DNA of 64,000 nt from an uncultured Actinomycetes bacterium (GCA_963714865.1 CAVQPR010000001.1:2387560-2451559), one strand, 5' to 3'; positions 52,607-62,780 are shown, counted from the stretch's first letter. The notes: generated by a model not told the origin, from the letters alone. Made by a program: numbers and translations.

Positions 52607-53477
52607 GCATCCTCGTCGGCGCCGACACGCGGCTCGTCGTGCAGGGCATCACGGGCAACGAGGGCACGTTCCACACGCTGCGCAACCGCGCGTACGGCAC
52701 CGAGCGTGGTCGCGGGCGTCACGCCGGGCAAGGCCGGCCAGGACGTCGAGGGCATCCCGGTGTTCGACACGGTGGCCGACGCCGTGCGCGAGACCGGCGC
52801 GAACACGTCGATGATCTTCGTGCCCGCCGCGGTTCGCGGCCGAGGCGATCCTCGAGGCCGCCGATGCCGGGGTCGGGCTCGCCGTGTGCATCACCGAGGG
52901 CATCCCGGTCAAGGACATGGCGTCGGTGCACGCGTACCTGCAGGGGCGCGACACGACCCTCGTCGGACCGAACTGCCCGGGCGTGATCAGCCCCGGGCGT
53001 CGCCAACGTCGGCATCATCCCGCCCGAGGTGTGCCTGCCCGGCCGGGTCGGGTTCGTCGCTCGCTCGGGCACGCTCGTCTATCAGATCGTCCACGAGCTC
53101 ACGCAGCGCGGGATCGGTCAGTCGACGTGCGTCGGCATGGGCGGCGACCCGGTCCACGGGATCGGGTTCATCGAGTCGCTGCGCGCTGTTCGAGGGCGAC
53201 CCCGACACCGACCTGTGATCATGACCGGTGAGATCGGCGGCGACGACGAGGAGCGCGCCGCCGCCTACGTCGCCGACCACGTGACCAAGCCGGTGGTGGC
53301 CTACATCGCCGGGTTCGAGGCACCGCCCGGGCAAGCGCATGGGGCACGCCGGTGCGATCGTGACCGGTTCGAAGGGCACGGCGGCCGCGAAGGCCGAGGC
53401 GCTCGGAGTCGGCCGGCGTCCGGGTGGCCAAGACCCCGAGCGAGGTGGCGGACCTGGTGCAGGACGCCCTGGCGTGA
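52603..53477 (+). pseudogene. sucD: Succinate--CoA ligase alpha subunit, about 7 frame breaks as sequenced
   Basis: ATG 52603 (ATGA overlap with the sucC stop). Pieces read in rotating frames:
- [34 protein letters not shown]
- [23 protein letters not shown]...IFVPAA
- [26 protein letters not shown]...[11 protein letters not shown]
- VANVGIIP...[12 protein letters not shown]...[16 protein letters not shown]
- [10 protein letters not shown]
- VIMTGEIGG...
- KRMGHAGAIVTGSKGTA
- ESAGVRVAKTPSEVADLVQDALA

Junctions are at ~52705, 52832, 52998, 53182, 53213 (-1), 53332 and 53405. Confidence 0.92.
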
Positions 53478-54690
53478 GTCCCGGGGTCGGGCCGAGTTCG
53501 CAGAGCTCGGGGCGCACCGAGCGAGGACCCGTTCGCTCCGGCGTGGTGGGTGGACTCCTCGCGTTCGCGATACTGGTCGCGCTCGGGCAGCTCGCCGCGT
53601 TCGCCGTCGACGCCGCCACCGGGCGCTACCGGGCCTGGTCGTGGCTCAAGATCGGGCTCGTCTATCTCATGTCCTTCTGTGGTGTTCGCGTCGAGGTGTC
53701 CACGACCACCTCGGCCGTCTACCAGGTGCGCGGCGCGCTCCTCGCGGGCACGATGCTGGGCGCCTGGTTGCTGTTCCGGACGGGCCGAACCGTGTCGGTG
53801 CGGGCCCGAACGTCGCACGCGGCCCTGGGGGCGGGATGGGGGCGCTGGCCGGCGTCGTGTTCGGCGCGGCGGTCGGCTGCTCGTCGCTGCTGATCACGCT
53901 CGCGTTCCCCGACGACGGCATCACGTCACTGCGCCCCATCATCTGGGAGGCGTTCGTGGTCCCTACGGTCTTGGGAGTCGTCGTCGCGGCGCTCGGGGGC
54001 GCATGGATGCCGCTCATGCACCGATCTCCACGCATGGCGAGGGTGCTGGAGGGCTCCCTGCGCGCCTTCGTCGTCGCGCTCGCCCTCGCGGCGATCGGGG
54101 TGCTGGCCATCGCGGCGCTACGGGCGGACGCTGCGACCGCCTACGGGCGGGGGATCCGCGCCGGCGGACCATGGGGCGGGGTGATCGTGGGGCACCAGGC
54201 GCTCTCCCTGCCGAACGAGGCACTCGGGGTGCTCGTGCCCGCGATGGGGGGCGCCACGGAGCTCGTCATGGCATCGGGCGACGTCTCGAGCCTCACCCTG
54301 GAGGGGATCGGCGTGGGCGAGGCGATGCGCGTCGTGTGGCCGCTGCCGGAGGTGCCCGCGAACGGGACCGTCGCCTTTCCCGGCTGGTTCGCCTTCCTCA
54401 TGATCGCGCCCGCCGCCGGCGCGTGGCTCGGCGGCCGCCGGGCGGCGAGGGGGGCCCGAGATCCGTGGCGAGCGTTGGGCGCCGGCGCCGGAGCAGGGAT
54501 GGGGTTCGCCGTGCTCGTATGGGGCGCTTCTTGGCTCGGCACCATCACGATCGAGGGGGCCTCGGGCACGTCATCCCTCGGTCCCGTGCTCCCCCAGGCT
54601 GCCTGGCTGGCGGTCGCCTGGGGGTCCGTTGGGGGCAGCCTCGGCGCCGCGTGGGAGGCGCGTCAGGCGGGAGCGGGTCCCGAGCCCTGA
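53474..54690 (+). pseudogene. Polytopic membrane protein of unknown function (position matches the PerM/Rv0954-Rv0955-type proteins downstream of sucCD), one -1 break near 53800-53835
   Basis: GTG 53474 overlaps the sucD stop. GGLLAFAILVALGQLAAFAV...WSWLKIGLVYLMSF...ALLAGTMLGAWLLF is in one frame (tail of ORF 53339..53893). MGALAGVVFGAAVGCSSLLITLAF... to 54690 is in the previous frame (tail of ORF 53029..54690). The PerM-like call rests on synteny and memory only. Confidence 0.55.
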
Positions 54691-55388
54691 TCGCCCTCCG
54701 TCACCTCGGCGAAGTGGGTCTCGATCGAGGTGAACCGCGTCCACGCCGCCGCCCACCCTGCATCGTCCCGCGCGAACTTCTCCATTGGCGTCTGAGAGGC
54801 CTGTCGGTCCCAGATGCCGAAGAACGTGCGCCCGTACCCGAGGAGATATCGCTGTCCGGTGTGGGTGTACTTCAGCGCCACGTCGTCGACCGGATCGACG
54901 GCCGATCCGCCCGTGGCCGCGGGGATCGATCCCGCTCCCTGATCGGGCACGCCGACGTTCTTGGGCTCCAGCGTGGCGAACCGGGTCCACGCGCTGCGCC
55001 AGCCCTCGTCGGTTCGGGGGAACCGTTCGGTGGGGGTGGAGGGCGATTGGCGATCCCAGATGCCGAAGAAGTCCGGTCCGTATCCGAGGACGTATCGGTA
55101 TCCCGAGTGGGTGTAACTGACCGAGCCGTCGTCCGACGACAGCGTGGCGGCCGCGGCCGGCTCATCCTGGGCTCCGACGACGGCGGGAGCATCACCCTCC
55201 GGATCCGATGAGGCGGGCTCGGACGACATCGGCTCCGACGATCCGGACTCCGAAGGCGTGGATGGCGTGGCCGCCGACGCTGCCGGATCAGATGGCGCCA
55301 CCGAGAGGTCGCTGTGGCAGTAGCGGCATTTGATGGCCGCGTCCTGGATCTCTTCCGCGCAGTAGGGGCAGGTCTTCACGGGTCGCAA
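54663..55388 (-). CDS. Zinc-ribbon protein with a Ser/Pro/Ala linker and two tandem copies of an uncharacterised domain of about 50 aa
   Basis: ORF 54663..55388. MRPVKTCPYCAEEIQDAAIKCRYCHSDL is followed by a low-complexity linker. The two repeats are YTHSGYRYVLGYGPDFFGIWDRQSPSTPTERFPRTDEGWRSAWTRFATLE and YTHTGQRYLLGYGRTFFGIWDRQASQTPMEKFARDDAGWAAAWTRFTSIE. Confidence 0.8.
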   Translation of the reverse strand: MRPVKTCPYCAEEIQDAAIKCRYCHSDLSVAPSDPAASAATPSTPSESGSSEPMSSEPASSDPEGDAPAVVGAQDEPAAAATLSSDDGSVSYTHSGYRYVLGYGPDFFGIWDRQSPSTPTERFPRTDEGWRSAWTRFATLEPKNVGVPDQGAGSIPAATGGSAVDPVDDVALKYTHTGQRYLLGYGRTFFGIWDRQASQTPMEKFARDDAGWAAAWTRFTSIETHFAEVTEGDQGSGPAPA

Positions 55389-55479
55389 CCTCCGGTCTCG
55401 ATGGGTCCCACGTTAGCGCACCCACCCGCCCTCGGCCGGGCCCGCATCCGCCGACACGCGCGGTAGCATGCGGAGCCTC

Positions 55480-56092
55480 ATGGACGGGCGAGTAGCGGTA
55501 CTGGTGTCGGGCTCGGGAACGAACCTGCAGGCGCTGCTCGACGACCCGGTGGTCGGTCCCCGCGTCAGCTTGGTGCTCGCCGACCGCCACGGCATCCGGG
55601 CACTCGATCGAGCCCGTGAACGAGACGTGCCCACCGAGGTCGTGGAGCCGGGCGGCTCCGGCGATCGTGACGATTTCGACCGGCGGATCGTCGAAGCGCT
55701 GGCGGCCCGCGACATCGACGTGCTCGTTACCGCCGGCTACATGCGGCTGCTCGGCCGCAGGGTCCTCGACGTATACGCGGGCCGCTGGCTCAACACGCAT
55801 CCCGTCGCTCCTCCCCTCGTTCCCGGGCATGCACGGCGTACGGGATGCCCTGGCGTACCGGGTGAAGGTCACCGGGGTCACGGTGTTCCTGGTCGACGAG
55901 GGCGTCGACACCGGGCCCATCGTGTTCCAGGAGGCCGTCGGGGTTCACGACGGCGACGACTGGAGTTCCCTCGAGGAGCGCATCCTCGCCGTCGAACATC
56001 GGCTCCTGCCGGCGGCGGTCCGCGCCCTGCTGGCCGGCCGTATCCAGCTGGACGGGCGGTCGGTGACGATCGCGCAGGAGGAGGGCGTATGA
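55480..56092 (+). pseudogene. purN: Phosphoribosylglycinamide formyltransferase, one extra base near 55804
   Basis: MDGRVAVLVSGSGTNLQALLD...VLVTAGYMRLL...WLNTHP, then SLLPSFPGMHGVRDALAYRVKVTGVTVFLVDEGVDTGPIVFQ (ORF 55616..56092 frame). Confidence 0.92.
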
Positions 56093-57627
56093 CGACGAAG
56101 GTGCGCCGCGCCTTGATGGCCGTGTACGACAAGACCGGCGCCGCGGATCTGGCCCGGGCGCTCGTCGAGCGGGGGGTCGAGGTGGTCTCGAGCGGGGGGA
56201 CGGCCGCCGCCCTGCGTGACGCCGGCGTGCCGGTGACCGCGGTCGAGGACGTGACCGGGTCCCCCGAGATGCTCGACGGACGCGTCAAGACGCTCCATCC
56301 CGCGATCCATGCCGCGATCTTGGCCGACCGGCGCCGTCCCGAGCACGTCGACCAGCTCGCCACCCACGGGATCGAGCCGTTCGACCTCGTCGTGGTGAAC
56401 CTGTACCCGTTCCGGGAGACCGTGGCTTCCGGGGCCTCGTTCGACGAGACGATCGAGCAGATCGACATCGGTGGGCCGGCCATGGTGCGGGCGGCGGCCA
56501 AGAACCACGCCAGCGTGGCCGTCGTGGTGGACCCGGTCCGCTACGAGGAGGTCATCGCCGAGATCGACCGCGAGGACGGGGTCACCGACGCGACGCGGCA
56601 CGCCTTGGCGGCCGAAGCGTTCGCGCACACCGCCGCCTACGACGCCGCGGTCGCGAGCTGGTTCTCCGAGGGCCTGGCGCGTGATGGCCTGCCGTCGTAC
56701 GTGGGCTCCGCGTTCGAGAAGGTCACCGACCTGCGGTACGGCGAGAACCCGCACCAGCGCGGGGCGTTGTATCCGGGACCTGTCGGGTTCGGGATTCCTC
56801 GCCGATGCGACGGTGCTGCGAGGGCAAGGGCATGTCCTTCAACAACTGGCTCGACGCCTACGCCGCGTACGAGCTCACCACCGCCCTGCCCGGCCGGGAG
56901 CGCCGTCATCGTCAAGCACAACAACCCGTGCGGGGCGGCGGCGAGGAGCTCAGTCGCGGAGTCGTACCGGGCCGCCTTCGCGTGCGACGAGGTGAGCGCC
57001 TTCGGCGGCATCGTGGCCTTGAACGGCGCGGCCACGCGCGAGGCGGCGAGCGCCATGGAAGGGGTGTTCACCGAGGTGGTGATCGCGCCCTCGTTCGATC
57101 CCGAGGCGCTCTCCGCGTTCGCCGAGCGACCGAACCTGCGGGTCGTCACGGCGCCGCTGCCCGACGGTGCCGGGCTCGACGTTCGCCCGATGCCGGGCGG
57201 GGCGCTCGTCCAGGACCGCGACCTGATGACCGAGACCCGCGACGACTGGACCGTCGTATCGAGCCGGCCGCCTACCGACGGGGAGTGGGACGATCTCGCG
57301 CTCGCCTGGATCATCTGCTGGCGGGTCAAGTCGAACGCGATCGTGTTCGTTCGCGACCGCGCGACCGTCGGCGTCGGGGCGGGTCAGATGTCGCGGGTCG
57401 ACTCCGCGTGGATCGCCGCCCGCAAGGCGGGGGACCGGGCCGCCGGGTCGGTCGTCGCGAGCGACGCGTTCTTCCCGTTCCCCGATGCGCTGGAGGTCGC
57501 CGCGAAGGCTGGATGTACGGCCGTCATCCATCCCGGGGGTTCCAAGGGCGACGACGACGTGCTCGCCGCGGCGGAGGCGGCCGGGATGGCGGTCGTCGTG
57601 ACCGGCACTCGCCACTTCCGCCACTAG
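56089..57627 (+). pseudogene. purH: Bifunctional AICAR transformylase / IMP cyclohydrolase, three extra bases within 56773-56898
   Basis: ATG 56089 (ATGA overlap). VRRALMAVYDKTG...LDGRVKTLHPAIHAAIL...VVVNLYPF...DIGGPAMVRAAAKNH...RYGENPHQRGALY, then RDLSGSGFLADATVLRG, then KGMSFNNWLDAYAAYELTTALPG, then SAVIVKHNNPCGAA...GAGQMSRVDS...THFRH. Confidence 0.93.
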
Positions 57628-57673
57628 AAGGAGGCTTGGTCGCCGTTCGGACCCCCGGGGTAGGATTCGCCTC

Positions 57674-58540
57674 GTGACCGCCCGGACGCTGGACGGCAGA
57701 GCCATCGCGGCGCAGGTCCGCTCAGAGGTATCCGGGCGGGTGCGCGCGCTCGTAGAACGCGGCGTGACTCCAGGCCTGGCCGCCGTCCTCGTAGGCGACG
57801 ACCAGGCCTCTCGCATCTACGTGGGCGCCAAGCACAAGGCCTGCGCCGACGTCGGCATCCGCTCCGAACAGGTCGACCTGCCGTCCTACGTCACGGAGGG
57901 CGAGCTCATGGCGACCCTTCGGCGCCTCAACCGCGATCCGGAGATCCACGGCATCATCGTCCAGCTGCCGCTGCCCGATCACCTGCGGGAGCTCGAGGTG
58001 CAACGCACCGTCGCCCCCGAGAAGGACGTCGACGGCCTGCACCCGTGGAACATCGGGATGATGCTCCGCGGCGAGCCGACGTTCCTGCCCGCCACCCCGT
58101 ACGGCATCGTCGAACTGCTGCTGCGGAGCGACGTGCCCCTCGAGGGCGCCGAGGTCTGCGTCGTCGGGTACGGAGATCTCGTCGGCGCCCCCCTGTCGAT
58201 CATGCTCGCCCAGGACTCGATCCGCGGCAACGCGACCGTGACGACGACCCACATCCGCACGAAGGATCTGCGGTCACACACGCTGCAGGCCGATATCCTC
58301 GTGGCCGCCGCCGGGGTGCCTCAGCTGGTCGGCGGCGACATGATCAAGCCCGGGGCCGTCGTCGTCGACGTGGGCGTGCATCGCACCTCGGAAGGGCTGG
58401 TGGGCGACGTCCGCTACGACGAGGCGGCCGCGGTCGCGAGCGCGATCACGCCGGTGCCCGGCGGGGTCGGTCCGATGACGGTCGCGATGCTGCTGGTCAA
58501 CACCGTCAGCGCCGCTGAGGCGCAGGCCTTCGTCCGGTGA
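57674..58540 (+). CDS. folD: Bifunctional methylenetetrahydrofolate dehydrogenase / methenyl-THF cyclohydrolase
   Basis: ORF 57674..58540. LDGRAIAAQVR...LAAVLVGDDQASRIYVGAKHKAC...GIIVQLPLP...VVGYGDLVGAPL...PVPGGVGPMTVAMLL. Confidence 0.95.
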   Translation: MTARTLDGRAIAAQVRSEVSGRVRALVERGVTPGLAAVLVGDDQASRIYVGAKHKACADVGIRSEQVDLPSYVTEGELMATLRRLNRDPEIHGIIVQLPLPDHLRELEVQRTVAPEKDVDGLHPWNIGMMLRGEPTFLPATPYGIVELLLRSDVPLEGAEVCVVGYGDLVGAPLSIMLAQDSIRGNATVTTTHIRTKDLRSHTLQADILVAAAGVPQLVGGDMIKPGAVVVDVGVHRTSEGLVGDVRYDEAAAVASAITPVPGGVGPMTVAMLLVNTVSAAEAQAFVR

Positions 58541-59451
58541 GCGTCGGGGGACGGCTCGCCTCGCTGCTGGCGGGCGGCCGGTTCTGCGTGACCAGCGAGA
58601 TCGTGCCGCCCGCCTCGGGCGACGGCACGCCGATCGATGAGCACGCCCGCGCGCTCGTGGGCTATGTCGACGCTGTCAACGTCACCGACAACCCCACGGC
58701 CCGGATCCATATGTCGCCGGCCGCGGGCGTCGCCTTCGTGTCACGGGCGGGCATCGAACCGACCCTGCAGCTCACGACCCGCGATCGCAACCGCCTCTCG
58801 CTGGCCTCCGAGCTGCTCGGCGCCTGGGCACTCGGCGCCCGCAACGTGCTCTGCCTCACCGGCGATCCACCGAGCGTCGGCGACGACCCGGACGCCGCGG
58901 CCGTCCACGATCTCGACGTCGTCCAGATGGTTCGCTTGGCGCGCAGGCTCCGGGAGGAGGGCCTGACGCTCGGCGGGAGCGTGATCGCGGATCCGCCGCG
59001 ATACCTGATCTGCGTGGCCGACTCCCCGCTCGCCGCGGGATACGACCCTTCCCGCGTGGAGGCCAAGCTCGACGCGGGCGCCGACGTGGTCTTCACGCAG
59101 ATCGCGTACGACCTGGAGGCCCTATCGGCGTGGGCCGATCTCGTGCGCGCCCGTGGCATCCTCGAGCGCGCGCGAGTGATGATCGGCCTCGCCCCGCTCC
59201 GCTCGGCCAAGGGCGCGCGCTTCATGGCGACGCTGCCCGGGGTCACCGTGCCGGAGGCGACGGCCACCGCGTTGGACGATGCCGGCGAGGACGCGGCCGA
59301 GGTCGGCCTTCGCCTCACGATGGAGGTGGTCGAGGGCCTTCGAAGGATCGACGGGGTCTCGGGTGTGCACCTGATGGGGCTGGGGCTGGACGAGACGGTC
59401 CGTGCCGTGGTGGAAGGGGTCGGCCTCTTCCCGCGGCCGACGGGGGGCTAG
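58537..59451 (+). CDS. Methylenetetrahydrofolate reductase family protein, short actinobacterial type
   Basis: ORF 58537..59451, overlapping the folD stop. FCVTSEIVPPAS...VDAVNVTDNPTARIHMSP...LQLTTRDRNRLSLASELLGAWALGARNVLCLTGDPP...VFTQIAYD. It resembles the non-canonical mycobacterial MTHFRs, as far as I remember them. Confidence 0.75.
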   Translation: MSVGGRLASLLAGGRFCVTSEIVPPASGDGTPIDEHARALVGYVDAVNVTDNPTARIHMSPAAGVAFVSRAGIEPTLQLTTRDRNRLSLASELLGAWALGARNVLCLTGDPPSVGDDPDAAAVHDLDVVQMVRLARRLREEGLTLGGSVIADPPRYLICVADSPLAAGYDPSRVEAKLDAGADVVFTQIAYDLEALSAWADLVRARGILERARVMIGLAPLRSAKGARFMATLPGVTVPEATATALDDAGEDAAEVGLRLTMEVVEGLRRIDGVSGVHLMGLGLDETVRAVVEGVGLFPRPTGG

Positions 59452-60563
59452 CGCTCCTCGATCGGGACCCAGGTCTGGTCCCGCGGCCCAACGTACTCGC
59501 TGCCGGGCCGGATCACCTTGTTGTCGGCGTACTGCTCGCGCACGTGAGCGGTCCAGCCCGCCATCCGGGCCAGCGCGAAGATCGGCGTCATCAGGTCGGT
59601 GGGGATCCCTAAGGATCGATAGACGGCGGCCGCGTAGAGGTCGACGTTGGGCCATAGGGCCTTCTGCGCGTACACGGTGGTCTGGAGCGCCTCGAAGATG
59701 TCGGCCCAGTGGACGTCGTCGTGCCGCTCACCGACCTCGCGGGCCAGCCGCCGCAACACCGTCGCCCGAGGGTCCATCGTCCGATACACGGCATGGCCGA
59801 ACCCCATGACCTTCTCGTGCCGCTCGAGGCGGTCGCGCACGTAGGCCTCGGCGCGATCCGGTTCCCCGATCTCCTCGGCCATCTTCATGGCCTCCTCGTT
59901 CGCCCCACCGTGCAGCGGCCCCTTCAGGGCCCCGATCGCGCCGGTGATGGCGCTGAACATGTCGGACAGCGTCGATGCGATGATCCGCGCGGTGAACGTG
60001 GACGCGTTCATCGTGTGATCCGCGTAGAGGGTGAACGTGGTGTCGAGGGCCTCGGCGTCCTCGATGTCGGGCTCTTCGCCCGAGAGCATCCACAAGAAGT
60101 TGGCCGCGTGGGGGAGCTTGGGGGTGGGGGGAACGACGTCCTGGCCGGTGCGCAGCCGATGGTAGGCAGCGATCCAGGTCGGCGTGCGCGCGATCAGACG
60201 CATCGCCTTGCGGTACTCGGCCTCGGGCGACGTATCCCATCCGTCGGGGTCATGGGTCGACGCGGCCGACACGCTCGTTCGCAGCATCGACATCGGGGCG
60301 GCCGAATTGGCCAGCTCGGGCATCAGGTGCTGCATGAAGGGCGAGAGCTCGCGCTCACCCGCCAGGAACTCGGCGAGCTCGTCGAGTTCCTCCTGGTTCG
60401 GCAGCGTGCCTCGATGCAGCAGGTGCACGACTTCCTCATAGGTCGCGTGCTCGGCGAGATCGGCGATGTCGTAGCCCACGTACCAGAGCCGGCCCTCGTC
60501 GCCATCGATGTCGGACAACCGGGTCTCGGCAGCGACGATCTCTCGCAGGCCCTTGTCGGTCAC
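59448..60563 (-). CDS. Citrate synthase (small type; 2-methylcitrate synthase not excluded)
   Basis: ORF 59448..60563. LYADHTMNASTF...GALKGPLHGGANEEAM...VMGFGHAVYRTMDPRA...NVDLYAA. Confidence 0.9.
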   Translation of the reverse strand: MTDKGLREIVAAETRLSDIDGDEGRLWYVGYDIADLAEHATYEEVVHLLHRGTLPNQEELDELAEFLAGERELSPFMQHLMPELANSAAPMSMLRTSVSAASTHDPDGWDTSPEAEYRKAMRLIARTPTWIAAYHRLRTGQDVVPPTPKLPHAANFLWMLSGEEPDIEDAEALDTTFTLYADHTMNASTFTARIIASTLSDMFSAITGAIGALKGPLHGGANEEAMKMAEEIGEPDRAEAYVRDRLERHEKVMGFGHAVYRTMDPRATVLRRLAREVGERHDDVHWADIFEALQTTVYAQKALWPNVDLYAAAVYRSLGIPTDLMTPIFALARMAGWTAHVREQYADNKVIRPGSEYVGPRDQTWVPIEER

Positions 60564-60702
60564 GCTGGCACATCCTGTCGGTCGGCGGCAGGAGTCCGCG
60601 GTCGGCGGGCTCCGTCGTATCTGCCAGGATATCCTCCGGGCCGCCGAGGGACCACGGCGGCTCCCAGGGCGCGCGCATCGACGGTGCGCCGGAAGGAGTC
60701 AC

Positions 60703-61791
60703 GTGACGCACAGGATCACGCTGATCCCCGGCGACGGGATCGGCCCGGAGGTCATCGATGCGGCACGCCGAGTGGTCGATGCCACCGGCGTGCGCGTGGA
60801 GTGGGACCGCCAGCACATGGGCTCGGGCGCCTTCTCCCGCACCGGACGAGCCCTTCCCGGGGCGACGCTGGATGCGATCCGGGCGAGCCGGGTCGCCCTC
60901 AAGGGGCCGATCGAGACCCCGCTCACGAGCGGCCTGCGCAGCGCCAACCTCACGCTGCGGCAGGAGCTGGATCTGTTCGCGAACGTTCGTCCGTGTCGCC
61001 TGTACGAGGGCGTCCCGAGCGTCTACGAGCGGGTCGATCTCGTGGTCGTCCGGGAGAACGTGGAGGGGATGTACACGGGATATGAGTTCGAGATGGGCAC
61101 CCCGGAGGTCCACGAGCTCATGCGGTTCATCGAGGCGTCCACGGGCCGGGCGATCCGCGGCGACTCGGGCATCTCGATGAAGTCGATCACCGAGCGCGGG
61201 AGCGAACGCATCGTACGGTTCGCCTTCGAGTGGGCGATCGCGACCGGTCGCTCGCGCGTGACGGCGAGCCACAAGGCGAACATCATGAAGTTCTCCGACG
61301 GCCTGTTCCTCGACGTGGCGCGCCGAGTAGCCCCCGACTACCCCGGCATCACGTTCGAGGATCGCATCATCGACGCGCTGTGCATGCAGATGGTCCAGGC
61401 GCCCGAGCGGTTCGAGGTCATCGTCCTGGCCAACCTGTACGGGGACATCGCCGCCGAGCTCGGCGCCGGGATGATCGGTGGGGTCGGGGTGGCGCCGGGA
61501 GCCCATTTCGGTGGCGATGGCGGGCGCGAACTCGCGGTGTTCGAGGCGACCCACGGCGCCGCTCCCGACCTGGCGGGCACGAACCAGGCAGATCCGATCG
61601 GCGCGATCCTGAGCGCGGCCATGATGCTCCGCCACGTCGGTGAGACGGACGCGGGCGACGGCATGGAAGCCGCTGTGGCGCAGGTGATAGCCGGTGGCCG
61701 GCACATGCCGAGGGACCTGCGAGCCCCCGGCGACGATCGGCCCGGCGCGGGCACGTTTCAGGTGGCCGACGCGGTGATCGCCGCGCTGTGA
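60703..61791 (+). CDS. icd: Isocitrate/isopropylmalate dehydrogenase family protein, most like NAD-type isocitrate dehydrogenase
   Basis: GTG 60703 follows a ggaaggag RBS, within ORF 60508..61791. ITLIPGDGIGPEV...ALKGPIETP...RSANLTLRQELDLFANVRP...VVVRENVEGMY...NLYGDIAAELGAGMIGGVG...FEATHGAAPDLAG. Confidence 0.8.
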   Translation: MTHRITLIPGDGIGPEVIDAARRVVDATGVRVEWDRQHMGSGAFSRTGRALPGATLDAIRASRVALKGPIETPLTSGLRSANLTLRQELDLFANVRPCRLYEGVPSVYERVDLVVVRENVEGMYTGYEFEMGTPEVHELMRFIEASTGRAIRGDSGISMKSITERGSERIVRFAFEWAIATGRSRVTASHKANIMKFSDGLFLDVARRVAPDYPGITFEDRIIDALCMQMVQAPERFEVIVLANLYGDIAAELGAGMIGGVGVAPGAHFGGDGGRELAVFEATHGAAPDLAGTNQADPIGAILSAAMMLRHVGETDAGDGMEAAVAQVIAGGRHMPRDLRAPGDDRPGAGTFQVADAVIAAL

Positions 61792-61856
61792 TCGAGCGAG
61801 GGCCCTGTCCGAGGCGCCGGTAGCATGGGGAACACAACGACCGAGGAGCGCACGTC

Positions 61857-62780
61857 ATGAAGATCACCGTCGTGGGGAGCGGATTCGTCGGGCAGACGTC
61901 GGCCATGCGGATCCTCGAGGAGGGGCTGGGCGACGTCGTCCTGATCGACATCATCGAGGGGAAGCCACAGGGACTGGCCCTGGACCTGAAGGAGACCGCG
62001 CCCCTGGAGGGCTACGAGCCGGCGATCACCGGCACGAACGACTACGCCGACACCGCGGGCAGCGACATCGTGGTCATCACCGCGGGGTTCCCGCGCCAGC
62101 CGGGGATGAGCCGCATGGACCTGCTGGCCAAGAACGCCGAGATCATGAACTCCGTGATCTCGCAGGTAACGCCGGGGTCGCCGGAGGCGATCCTCGTCGT
62201 CGTGTCGAACCCTCTCGACGAGATGACCTTCCTCGCCGCCGAGGCCTCCGGATTCGCCAGGGAGCGGGTCATCGGGATGGCCGGCGTACTCGATTCCGCC
62301 CGACTGCGCTACTTCATCGCCGAGGAACTCGGCGTGTCGCCGGTCGGGGTCGAAGCGATGACCCTCGGCTCGCACGGCGACTCCATGGTGGCGCTTCCTC
62401 GTCACGCCACCGTGAACGGCACCCCGTTGCCCGAGCTCGTCGACGAGGCCACGCTGGAGCGGCTCTTCCAGCGCACGCGGGACGGGGGTGCCGAGATCGT
62501 CGGATATCTCAAGACGGGCTCCGCCTACTTCGCTCCCAGCGCGTCGGTGGTCGCGATGGTCCGGGCCATCGTGGGTGACTCCAAGGCGGTGCTGCCCGTC
62601 TGCGCGTGGGTGAGCGGCCAGTACGGCATCGAAGACGTGTACGTGGGCGTCCCGGCGGCGCTGGGCGCCAAGGGCATCGAGGAGATCGTGGAACTGGACC
62701 TCAACGGGGACGAGCTGGCCAAGCTGCGGGAAGCGGCCGAAGGCATCCGCGCCAAGTGCGCGGATCTCGCGGCCCTCTAG
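61857..62780 (+). CDS. mdh: Malate dehydrogenase (LDH-like type)
   Basis: ORF 61857..62780. MKITVVGSGFVGQTSA...VVITAGFPRQPGMSRMDLL...VVSNPLD...GMAGVLDSARLRYF...TLGSHGDSMV. Confidence 0.94.
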   Translation: MKITVVGSGFVGQTSAMRILEEGLGDVVLIDIIEGKPQGLALDLKETAPLEGYEPAITGTNDYADTAGSDIVVITAGFPRQPGMSRMDLLAKNAEIMNSVISQVTPGSPEAILVVVSNPLDEMTFLAAEASGFARERVIGMAGVLDSARLRYFIAEELGVSPVGVEAMTLGSHGDSMVALPRHATVNGTPLPELVDEATLERLFQRTRDGGAEIVGYLKTGSAYFAPSASVVAMVRAIVGDSKAVLPVCAWVSGQYGIEDVYVGVPAALGAKGIEEIVELDLNGDELAKLREAAEGIRAKCADLAAL

